A DNA stretch of 64,000 nucleotides. It comes from Candidatus Bathyarchaeia archaeon. Its GTDB lineage: Archaea > Thermoproteota > Bathyarchaeia > Bathyarchaeales > Bathycorpusculaceae. The notes under the pieces were generated by a model. It made no database searches and was not told the DNA's origin. It was given only the letters and a program-made list of their open reading frames with translations. Below, piece by piece: positions 47,742 through 55,563 of the stretch. Position numbers and translations under genes: made by a program. Location of the stretch: positions 203,691-267,690 of the forward strand of contig JAVZNC010000002.1 in assembly GCA_038882955.1 (NCBI GenBank), given 5' to 3'. Every line of letters starts with the position of its first letter. The first letter of the stretch is position 1.

Positions 47742-48359
47742 TTAATGCAAAAGGGAATTAATTAACACCCAAAAAATAATTATTAAAACAAATTCCCCAA
47801 TTATGCCAAAAACAAGCAAGTCAATTGCCATATCTTCATCTCTATCTTTTGTTCCAAGGTAGCCGATTATTCCGCCGATTAATCCAAAAAGAAATGCAAC
47901 CAAATACCACGCTGTGGACGGTTTTTCAACTAAATCATGTTCCTCGCTATAAAGTCGTGAAAGGTATTTTTGTGAGTCAAACACTTCGGGGTTTTTCTCG
48001 AGTTCTCTTAAGTCGTTTATTTTGCTTTCAAGTCTTCTTACAGACCTTAAATAAGATTCCTCACTAATTTTACCTTCAGCGAAGAAAACTGACAATTTTT
48101 CAATACTTTTCTGATACTTGTATATTTCTTGATTTATTCTGGTTATTTGACTTATTTTCCCCAGCTCTTTTTCGCTTCCAAAGCCAAGATAATCACAACT
48201 AATTTCACAAGTTTCTCGAGATGGACACATATAGCAACAAAAATTCCACTTTTCATTTACACAAAATTCATCTCTTAATGCTCTGCCCTCTGGATTCTTC
48301 ACTATCGCTTTGCATGAACCATCATCAGATAGGTACTCACATTTTACTCTCTTCGTCAC
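47742..48359 (-). CDS. Orphan protein with a Cys-rich N-terminal domain, a coiled coil and two C-terminal TM helices.
   Basis: There are 8 Cys in the first 55 aa (C7, C16, C33, CC41-42, C45, C51, C55). A heptad-like middle segment follows. The C-terminal hydrophobic segments are WYLVAFLFGLIGGIIGYLG and LLVFGIIGEFVLIIIFWVLI. The region is AT-rich. Confidence 0.4.
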   Translation of the reverse strand: MTKRVKCEYLSDDGSCKAIVKNPEGRALRDEFCVNEKWNFCCYMCPSRETCEISCDYLGFGSEKELGKISQITRINQEIYKYQKSIEKLSVFFAEGKISEESYLRSVRRLESKINDLRELEKNPEVFDSQKYLSRLYSEEHDLVEKPSTAWYLVAFLFGLIGGIIGYLGTKDRDEDMAIDLLVFGIIGEFVLIIIFWVLINSLLH

Positions 48360-48693
48360 ACTATCCGTTGGTGGTCTGGTAAATTGTCTTCCACTCCCTT
48401 TAATTCATTAAAAATAGTATTAGCTCTTCTTAAATGGTTTGTTAAACAACAACATAAATTAGTTATTAAATGTAAAGCAGTGCTAAATTAAAAGAAGTTT
48501 TATATGCAAAGCGACTTGACAGTTTTAAACGATAGTATAAACCTAATTCCCCGCACTTTTTAGCCATTATTAAATGCAGCTTCCTACTTTGGCGCGTAGG
48601 GAAGAAACTGCGCGTGTTTCCATTAATTTTTTGGGTCTCATTCAAAAGCGTGCGGCGCATCAAATTGGAATGATGGATAAAAGGGTCTAATGG

Positions 48694-49803
48694 TCATTGT
48701 AGTTCCTTTATGGTGGTTTTTGTTAAGGCCCTTATGTTGTTGAACTCTGCAAGTTCTCCATAACCTACAAGCGTTATGGCTGTTCCTTCGCGCCCCATTC
48801 TGGCTGTGCGACCTATTCTGTGAAAATAGACTAATGCATCTAGTGGGACATCATAGTTTATTATGTGGGTTATTCCTTGAATGTCCAAGCCTCTTGCGGC
48901 AACATCAGTTGCAACAAGCAATTTCAGTTTTCCATTTCTGAAAGAATTAATTACGAGGTCTCTTTGAGGTTGCGTTAAACCGGCATGTAATGGTTTTGCG
49001 TCGTATCCTCTGGTTTTCAGTTTGTCAGCGAGGGTGCTTGTGTCCGCGCGTGTTTTGCAGAATATTATTGCGCGGTCTATGTGGTTTTCGTTTAAAATGT
49101 TGCATAGCGTTTCGAATTTGTTGTGAGGGTTTACAACCATGTAATATTGGCTTATTTGTGTTAGGGCTATTTCATCTTTGCTTACGAGTATCTTTTCTGG
49201 GTTTTTCATGTATCTGCTACATATTCTCATTACTGGCTGGTCTATTGTCGCTGAGAAAAGGCTTGTCTGCCTGTTTGACGGCGTCCTTGCAAGTATGTAT
49301 TCGATGTCGTCTATAAAGCCCATGTCAAGCATTCTGTCCGCTTCGTCGAGAACTACGATCTTTACTGAAGAAAGATTTAGAATGCGCCGTTTAAGCAAGT
49401 CGATTATGCGGCCTGGCGTGCCCACGACAATTTGAACGCCTTGTTTCAGCGCGTGTATCTGCTTCCCTATAGGTTCTCCTCCATAAACTTGCAAAACTTT
49501 TAATCGCGCATATTTTCCTAGTTGGCTAATGTGCTCTGCAACTTGGACAGCAAGCTCGCGTGTCGGCACCAACACCAAACCCTGCACACTTCTATCCTCC
49601 GGGTTCAACCGTTCAATCATTGGAACTCCGAAAGCCGCAGTCTTCCCAGTTCCCGTTTGCGCTTGGCCAATAACGTCTTTGCCTTCAAGCAACGGCATTA
49701 TGGCTTGAGCTTGAATTGGAAAAAGATTATGGAATCCAAACTCTTCAACGCCTTTTAAAACCTCCATGCTTAAGGGTAAGTCTTTAAAGTTTCGTATTTG
49801 CAT
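48694..49803 (-). CDS. DEAD-box ATP-dependent RNA helicase.
   Basis: Q motif, AQTGTGKT, DEAD, SAT, and HRIGRTAR. Confidence 0.9.
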   Translation of the reverse strand: MQIRNFKDLPLSMEVLKGVEEFGFHNLFPIQAQAIMPLLEGKDVIGQAQTGTGKTAAFGVPMIERLNPEDRSVQGLVLVPTRELAVQVAEHISQLGKYARLKVLQVYGGEPIGKQIHALKQGVQIVVGTPGRIIDLLKRRILNLSSVKIVVLDEADRMLDMGFIDDIEYILARTPSNRQTSLFSATIDQPVMRICSRYMKNPEKILVSKDEIALTQISQYYMVVNPHNKFETLCNILNENHIDRAIIFCKTRADTSTLADKLKTRGYDAKPLHAGLTQPQRDLVINSFRNGKLKLLVATDVAARGLDIQGITHIINYDVPLDALVYFHRIGRTARMGREGTAITLVGYGELAEFNNIRALTKTTIKELQ

Positions 49804-50000
49804 ACTTTTTCATTTCTCCTGCCACAAAATTTTTCATGCATCTCGTTAAAAGCTTCAAAAGCTTTGTCAATTACATGAATTAATGTGACAACACTAAAGA
49901 GCATCGATTGTTTTATAAAAAGGTTTACTTTGTGAAGGAAAGAAAGAGCCGTGTTAACAGTTCGTTTCGAATTTTATAAGAGAATAATGCTGCATATAGG

Positions 50001-50093
50001 CGGGCGGGGTGGGATTTGAACCCACGACCACAAGCTTTCTTCTGGCTTATGGTTTAGGAGGCTTGCGCCCTATCCATGCTAGGCTACCCGCCC
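50001..50093 (-). tRNA. tRNA-Arg (anticodon CCT) with an ~18-nt intron at the canonical 37/38 position.
   Basis: The reverse complement folds with acceptor GGGCGGG/CCCGCCC, D stem GCCT/GGGC and anticodon stem CAAGC/GCTTG. That stem encloses 25 nt, CTCCTA[AACCATAAGCCAGAAGAA]A. T arm is GTGGG-TTCAAAT-CCCAC. The intron spans about 50037-50054. Confidence 0.8.
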
Positions 50094-50188
50094 TGCAAGC
50101 ATAACTTGGCTAAATTTAAATTTTAACTTAATGCTGTTTGTGTTCGCCAAAAGCTTAAACTATGCTGCGTTACCAAAAATAGTGCTGT

Positions 50189-50311
50189 GCGGGGGTACCC
50201 GAGCCAGGTCTAAATAGGCTACTTGGGGCACAGACCAGCCTAAGACAAGGGGGAGGACTTAAGATCCTCTGGCGTAGGCCTCCGTGGGTTCGAATCCCAC
50301 CCCCCGCACCA
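50189..50311 (+). tRNA. tRNA-Leu (anticodon TAA) with an ~35-nt non-canonical insertion in the D-loop. CCA is encoded.
   Basis: Acceptor GCGGGGG/CCCCCGC. The D stem CCC (50198-50200)/GGG (50249-50251) encloses 48 nt, against 13 nt in the other Leu gene. Anticodon stem GAGGA/TCCTC with loop CTTAAGA. Variable arm TGGCGTAGGCCTCC. T arm GTGGG-TTCGAAT-CCCAC, then A-CCA. Confidence 0.75.
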
Positions 50312-50481
50312 AAATTGAACCCAGTGAAGTGGAGCTTGTTCAGTTTGGTTTGTGGCTGCTTGGGGAAGGTGATAATAAAGTGCTTTTAGAGGACATTGAA
50401 CTAAAAATCTAGGGGGGGTAGGTCGCTATTGGCTGATTTTCAGGTCAAAAATGGTGATTCTTGCTGGTGTGGTGTTCGTTG

Positions 50482-50490
50482 TATTTATAA
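50482..50490 (+). promoter_or_regulatory. TATA-like box upstream of alba.
   Basis: TATTTATAA lies about 107 nt upstream of the ATG. That places a TSS near the start of the 50517-50560 hairpin. Confidence 0.3.
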
Positions 50491-50516
50491 GGAGGTTTGT
50501 GTATTTCTGAAGTGCG

Positions 50517-50560
50517 GTAACGTTGTGCTGTTAGAGGGCTAAGAACAGAGGCAACGTTAC
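50517..50560 (+). promoter_or_regulatory. Strong hairpin in the putative alba 5' leader.
   Basis: GTAACGTTG(TG)CTGTT - 11-nt loop - AACAG(AGG)CAACGTTAC forms 9 bp plus 5 bp of stem. An SD-like GGGGTGAT follows at 50583-50590. Confidence 0.35.
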
Positions 50561-50596
50561 ACAAGACTACAACGGTAAAAGCGGGGTGATGTATCA

Positions 50597-50881
50597 ATGT
50601 CTGAAAAGTCCGAAACAATACTTATTGGAAGAAAGCCTGCGATGAACTATGTCTTGGCAATTGTCACCAGCCTTTCAGCTTCTGACACCAAAGAGATAAC
50701 AATAAAAGCACGGGGTCGAGCAATCACAACAGCGGTTGACGTTGCAGAAATCGTGAGGAACAGATTCCTAAAAGACCTGAAAATAAGCAAGATATCTATC
50801 GGCACTGAGGAGATGCCGCCGAAACAGGGACAAAATAGGTCGCGAATGGTCTCAACGATGGAAATAACGCTTACAAAGTAG
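50597..50881 (+). CDS. albA: Alba chromatin/RNA-binding protein.
   Basis: ILIGRKPAMNYVLAIVT...ITIKARGRAITTAVDVAEIVRNRF. Confidence 0.9.
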   Translation: MSEKSETILIGRKPAMNYVLAIVTSLSASDTKEITIKARGRAITTAVDVAEIVRNRFLKDLKISKISIGTEEMPPKQGQNRSRMVSTMEITLTK

Positions 50882-50949
50882 GATTATTGAAAACAAAATG
50901 GAAACGGCGATTGCCCTCACTTTTCTTTAATTTTATTTTGTTTATATTG

Positions 50950-51726
50950 TTAATGTGCGAGAGAGTCGCCGTACTGCGAGATGTCAGAAGCCTGTAGGAT
51001 TTCTCTTCTTTTCACGATTTCCTTAAAATCAACGTAACCGCCACCAACTATCTTTAGTTTGGCGTCAACCTTCCTGCCTTTAATTTCCACGACGTTATAT
51101 GAATTGCAAAAGAAGCCCCTCAATTTTTCACATGAGACACTTCCCGCATGAACCACGAGCATGTCCTCGATTTTCCATCGCCATGGTCTGTGGCGGTGTC
51201 CGCAGAGAACCAAATCTACTTTAGACTTTACTAGACTTCTTAATACGTCGCCGGCATCCACAATTGTAATTTGGTCTGCTCCCGTATCTGGAACGGGAAT
51301 GATGTGGTGGTGTATTGTCACTATTTTCACCTTATCCTTATACTCTTCGAGTGTTTTCTCAAGCCACAAATTTTGCCTATGTCCAACCTCGCCGTCATCC
51401 CTGTCTGGTCTTGCTGAACTGAGAACCACAATAACCGCATCATCGGTTTCCGTTACTTGTGAAAATGGGAAGAACTCTCGGAAGAGCAGATATCCAGTTG
51501 AACGGTAGTCGTGGTTTCCGCTTAAATATATCACCTTTTTAGTCTTCAGCCTTTTCAACTCTTTTGAGGCGTCAGTAAATTCAGATATTAAGCCATTTTC
51601 AGTTAAATCGCCAGTCACAAGAACAACATTGGGCGACAAGCCATTAATTTCTTTAATGGCCGTTCGTAAGGTTTCTCTCCGCAGCATTGGACCGCAATGG
51701 ACGTCTGAAATTTGGGCAAGCAACAT
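50950..51726 (-). CDS. Calcineurin-like metallophosphoesterase.
   Basis: ISDVHCG, GDLTENG, GNHD, HHH, and GHRHR motifs. Confidence 0.75.
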   Translation of the reverse strand: MLLAQISDVHCGPMLRRETLRTAIKEINGLSPNVVLVTGDLTENGLISEFTDASKELKRLKTKKVIYLSGNHDYRSTGYLLFREFFPFSQVTETDDAVIVVLSSARPDRDDGEVGHRQNLWLEKTLEEYKDKVKIVTIHHHIIPVPDTGADQITIVDAGDVLRSLVKSKVDLVLCGHRHRPWRWKIEDMLVVHAGSVSCEKLRGFFCNSYNVVEIKGRKVDAKLKIVGGGYVDFKEIVKRREILQASDISQYGDSLAH

Positions 51727-51738
51727 TCGTGATGCGCC

Positions 51739-52425
51739 TTATTCTCGACTTGCAAGTATCACGATGTAATCTGCAGTGTCTGCGCACATGTCTGCGGCGT
51801 ACTCAATAAACTCAACTAGATCATCAAAAATCACCATGGCGCCACAGTTCATTTTCTCCGAATATTTAATGAATAGCGCTTTCGTTTTCAGGTATTCCTC
51901 ATCAATTTTATGTTCAATTTCCTCAACTTTCTTTGCCCCTTGAATGGCTTCAGCGGGATTCGCTGTAATCTTTTCAATGCTTCCCCGTAATGCGTCAGCA
52001 CATTCCACTAGTGTGGAAGTCATGCAAACGGTGTTATCCCACAGTTCTTTCGGTATGTCAGAATCAGAAAGCATTCTCACGCATCTTGCCACGTCCTTCA
52101 CGTGATCCGCCAGAGTGTCAAGGCGTTTTACGAGGTGCATTAAATCTTCACGGTACTCAGCAAAAAGTGCAGCGCCCTTAGACAGTTCCTTAAAAACTTC
52201 CGTTCTTAAACCGTCGACCTCCTTCTCCATCTTGAAGAGATTTTCGATGCTTTGAAGCGCCTCTTTCCTCTTTGCCTCTGATATGTTTTTCACTGCTTGA
52301 TGAAGCAAAGTCACCGTGCCAAGAGCCTTTGTTATTTGTTCTTGAGCCAAATCCAGTGCCTTTGTTCTTCGACGTCTCTCAAACCATGCATAACTTTTCT
52401 TTTCCAATTTTCTCTCCACCACCAT
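51739..52425 (-). CDS. DUF47/PhoU-like helical protein.
   Basis: About 225 aa, all-helical and internally duplicated, with PhoU-like D/E-rich helices. This is a weak family-level call. Confidence 0.55.
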   Translation of the reverse strand: MVVERKLEKKSYAWFERRRRTKALDLAQEQITKALGTVTLLHQAVKNISEAKRKEALQSIENLFKMEKEVDGLRTEVFKELSKGAALFAEYREDLMHLVKRLDTLADHVKDVARCVRMLSDSDIPKELWDNTVCMTSTLVECADALRGSIEKITANPAEAIQGAKKVEEIEHKIDEEYLKTKALFIKYSEKMNCGAMVIFDDLVEFIEYAADMCADTADYIVILASRE

Positions 52426-52454
52426 AGTTTTTGAAGTGTACCTTATAACATTTC

Positions 52455-52910
52455 TTAACCTACATTCTTCTCAGATACCCAATAAGTAGTTATCTCTCCC
52501 TTTTCATCTATTAGATACTCCTTTTTGAATATGGGCGCTTCCCTTTTGTATCTTTCAACCGCTTCTTTCAGCACTGGAAATACGTTATCACGGTGAGAAC
52601 CAGCGACGAGAACATAGACGATGTCTTCGCCAACATTAAATTCGCCGAGTAAATGGTGAATTTGCAAATCCACTATTCCAGGTTTTTTCTTTAAATCAGC
52701 ACGAATAGTTGATAAAATCTCGTTCGCCTTTTCCTCGTAAGCTTCTAATTCCAGTCTGTAAACTTTCTTGTTTTCTCTTTCTTCCCCGCGTACAATTCCA
52801 ATAAATATTGCAATTGCTCCCACCTTCTCAAAATCCGGTTTATCTTTCATGTCCCTCAAAACGTCCAGCAACGAAAATTCTCCTTTTTTGTGAACACTCG
52901 TTTGGTTCAT
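52455..52910 (-). CDS. moaE: Molybdopterin synthase catalytic subunit MoaE-like.
   Basis: GAIAIFIGIVRGE.., VAGSHRDNVFPVLKEAVERYKREAPIFKKE. The ATG at 52910 is preferred over the TTG at 52955. Confidence 0.65.
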   Translation of the reverse strand: MNQTSVHKKGEFSLLDVLRDMKDKPDFEKVGAIAIFIGIVRGEERENKKVYRLELEAYEEKANEILSTIRADLKKKPGIVDLQIHHLLGEFNVGEDIVYVLVAGSHRDNVFPVLKEAVERYKREAPIFKKEYLIDEKGEITTYWVSEKNVG

Positions 52911-52947
52911 AATATCACTCTCACATAAAATACCATGTAACAAATCC

Positions 52948-53985
52948 TTATTCAAGGCTATCTATGTAATTGCGTATGTCCTCGGTTGCAGCTGAAGGAA
53001 TTGGCAAGTCTTTCATTGTCAATAACCCTGGGCGTGCCTTAATCACCTTTGGAATTGCATTTGCAACCATCGCGACGGTTCCTATGTCACCGTGGATGCA
53101 TGGTTGTATTTTTTGCCTTATTTCTGGGACTCCTTCAATTGTTATGGCGTCATACTCTTCTTCAGCGCCTAGATAAGCTTGGAACTCAAGCGTTATTACT
53201 TCTTTGTTCTTCATCATCCCTTTAGCCTTTTGTTTCAAACCTGCCACATCGCCAGCCTTAACTTCTATAAATTGACTTTTTACTGGTTTTTTGGCAATGA
53301 CCGGTTCAACCTGTTCGGCTATGATTTTATCTAGTTTCCATGCAAGGGCGTCAGCAAACATTGCTATGGATTGTTCAAGCCCCACATGTCCAGTGATCTG
53401 TTTGCTTTCCATTTTTTGCCTAAATTCTTCCACGGTTAGTCCAGCACCTATCTTTTTTTGGAATGGTAATCGCCTTTTTGTCGCATCCATAACCCTTGCT
53501 GCTTCTATTTTTTCGATTTTCTGGCAAACCGCCGTTAACATTATGACAAGCGTGTCCATCAAGAAGCCCGGGTTAATGCCCGTACCAAGCACCGTAGTGT
53601 TGTATTTTTTGGCTAGGGCGTCTAATTTTTTTGCAAGTTTTGGCTCAGTGTAGTATGGATAAGTCAATTCTTCACACGTGGATATCACTTTTAAGCCGTT
53701 TTTTACAAGTGAAGCTATTTGCGGGTACGTATCTTTAAGATAGGATGATGTTGCGTGTATTGCCAAATCCGCTCTAACCTTAGATAGGGCTTCATCAACG
53801 TCCTTTGAAATTTTTATTCCAAGACTTTTTGGCGCTCCTAATACTTCGCTCAAGTCTTTGCCCACCTTATCTTTCGCAACGTCTACGGCTCCAACGATTT
53901 CTACGCCATCCTTTTCCAATAGAAATTTGGCGATTAACGTTCCAACTGCGCCAACGCCGAATAGGATAACCCTTACTTTGCGCAT
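52948..53985 (-). CDS. DapB-N-domain NAD(P)H-dependent amine dehydrogenase-family protein (2,4-diaminopentanoate dehydrogenase-like).
   Basis: VILFGVGAVGTLIAKFL Rossmann motif, GTGINPGF, and HGD. The start is taken at M26. Confidence 0.55.
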   Translation of the reverse strand: MRKVRVILFGVGAVGTLIAKFLLEKDGVEIVGAVDVAKDKVGKDLSEVLGAPKSLGIKISKDVDEALSKVRADLAIHATSSYLKDTYPQIASLVKNGLKVISTCEELTYPYYTEPKLAKKLDALAKKYNTTVLGTGINPGFLMDTLVIMLTAVCQKIEKIEAARVMDATKRRLPFQKKIGAGLTVEEFRQKMESKQITGHVGLEQSIAMFADALAWKLDKIIAEQVEPVIAKKPVKSQFIEVKAGDVAGLKQKAKGMMKNKEVITLEFQAYLGAEEEYDAITIEGVPEIRQKIQPCIHGDIGTVAMVANAIPKVIKARPGLLTMKDLPIPSAATEDIRNYIDSLE

Positions 53986-54114
53986 GTGTGTTTCACCTTC
54001 TCTTCTCTTCATTGTTTTTAGCTTATAAAATGTGCTTGCAGCATTTGTGGGATAGAGCATTGTTTAGAAACCTTTACATTTGTAAACCTTTATATCCATG
54101 AGAAAACTCAAACT

Positions 54115-55563
54115 ATGAGAGGGCCTCAAGTCTTGGCGACTGCAGAAGCCACGATGCATAAGGAAGAAATCAGAAAGCTTCTGAGCACTGAAAAGCTTAA
54201 GCACTGCTTTGAATGTGGCATTTGCACCGCAAGCTGTTCAATGGTTGAACTGCTTGGAGATGATTATAATCCACGGGGGCTTCTCGAAAAAATTTTCTTA
54301 AATGCGGAAGACGCATTATCTTCGCATGAGCTTTGGCTATGCGCATGGTGTTACAAATGCCATAGGCGATGTCCACAAGCTCTAGAAGTTCCAGAAATCT
54401 TTCTTCTTATGCGAACAATCGCCGTTAAACGCGGCTATATACACCCTCTGGAAAAAGCTATACAAAAAGTTGCACGAAACATCCCATTACCCCTCATAGT
54501 TACACTTGTATGCTTGCATCCAGAGCGTGCTGGACTTAACATACAAGACGTTTTGGAAAAGGTTCAGGATGAACGCACTAAACTGAAAATGAAAAAGACG
54601 CTAAAAGGCAGTAAATGTAAAGTAGCGGTTTTAGGTTCTGGACCAGCAGGTTTAACTGTTGCTTATGAGCTTGTTCGAAAGGGTTATCCAGTAACGGTTT
54701 TTGAGTCTCTTTCAGAGCCCGGGGGAATGCTTAGAAAGTGTATACCGGAGTATCGCTTGCCAAGGGACGTTTTAGAGGATGAATTGCGTTTTTTGGAGAG
54801 TTTAGGTGTTGAGTTTAAAGTTAACGTGCATGTAGGTAAGGACTTGGGTTTTGATGATTTGTGGGATGAAGGTTATAGGGCTATTTTTGTTGGTGTTGGC
54901 GCCCATAAAAGTCAGAAATTGAAGATTGATGGCGGAGACTTGAAGGATGTTGTTCACGCTCTAGATTTTTTGTGGCAGGTTAAAAGCGGCGTGAAAGTTG
55001 AGCTTGGCAAAAACGTTGCAGTTATTGGCGGCGGAAATGTGGCTGTAGATGCCGCCAGAACCGCTTTAAAACTCGGCGCAGAAAATGTGACAATATTCTA
55101 TCGAAGGTCGAGGACTGAAATGCCCGCGAATCCGTGGGAGGTTAAGGAATCAGAGGAAGAAGGCGTAAAAACAGAGTTTTTGGTAGCTCCAAAGAGAATT
55201 TTAGGAGAAAATGGACACGTTTCAGCTGTTGAGTTTGTCCGCATGCAGCTAGGCGAATTGGACGAGTCTGGTAGAAGAAAACCTTTACCAATAGAGGGTT
55301 CAGAGTTTGTTTTCAAAGCGGATACCATTATTTTGGCGATTGGCGAGGCTCCAGACTTAGAGTTTTTACCTAAAGGCATCGTTCTTAATGATGATGGAAC
55401 AGTTTGGGTTAACCCCATAACCATGGAAACAAGTATGCGTGGAGTTTTTGCTGGTGGAGACGTTGTTACTGGTCCAGCATCGGTTATTGAGGCTATTTGC
55501 GCTGGAAAACGTGCCGCCAACTCCATTGACCGCTACCTAAAGGCTGAGGGAGGCATGGGTTGA
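54115..55563 (+). CDS. Fusion protein with an HdrC-like 2x[4Fe-4S] helical domain followed by a GltD/NfnB/SudA-like NAD(P)H:FAD oxidoreductase.
   Basis: N-terminus: CFECGICTASC ... CAWCYKCHRRCP, two CxxCxxCxxxC motifs about 45 aa apart. From aa ~165: VAVLGSGPAGL (FAD), VAVIGGGNVAVDAAR (NAD(P)H), GVFAGGDVVTGP. An alternative start is at 54154. Confidence 0.75.
   Translation: MRGPQVLATAEATMHKEEIRKLLSTEKLKHCFECGICTASCSMVELLGDDYNPRGLLEKIFLNAEDALSSHELWLCAWCYKCHRRCPQALEVPEIFLLMRTIAVKRGYIHPLEKAIQKVARNIPLPLIVTLVCLHPERAGLNIQDVLEKVQDERTKLKMKKTLKGSKCKVAVLGSGPAGLTVAYELVRKGYPVTVFESLSEPGGMLRKCIPEYRLPRDVLEDELRFLESLGVEFKVNVHVGKDLGFDDLWDEGYRAIFVGVGAHKSQKLKIDGGDLKDVVHALDFLWQVKSGVKVELGKNVAVIGGGNVAVDAARTALKLGAENVTIFYRRSRTEMPANPWEVKESEEEGVKTEFLVAPKRILGENGHVSAVEFVRMQLGELDESGRRKPLPIEGSEFVFKADTIILAIGEAPDLEFLPKGIVLNDDGTVWVNPITMETSMRGVFAGGDVVTGPASVIEAICAGKRAANSIDRYLKAEGGMG

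Noticed and set aside
48541-48693. Possible C/D-box sRNA or other ncRNA in the spacer before the DEAD-box helicase gene (ATGATGG near 48673).
   Set aside because: No matching D box (CTGA) and no terminal stem were found at the right spacing on either strand.
50451-50510. 19-codon hydrophobic mini-ORF (MVILAGVVFVVFIRRFVYF) upstream of alba.
   Set aside because: It overlaps the best TATA-like element for alba and has no SD. It is too short to support without expression data.
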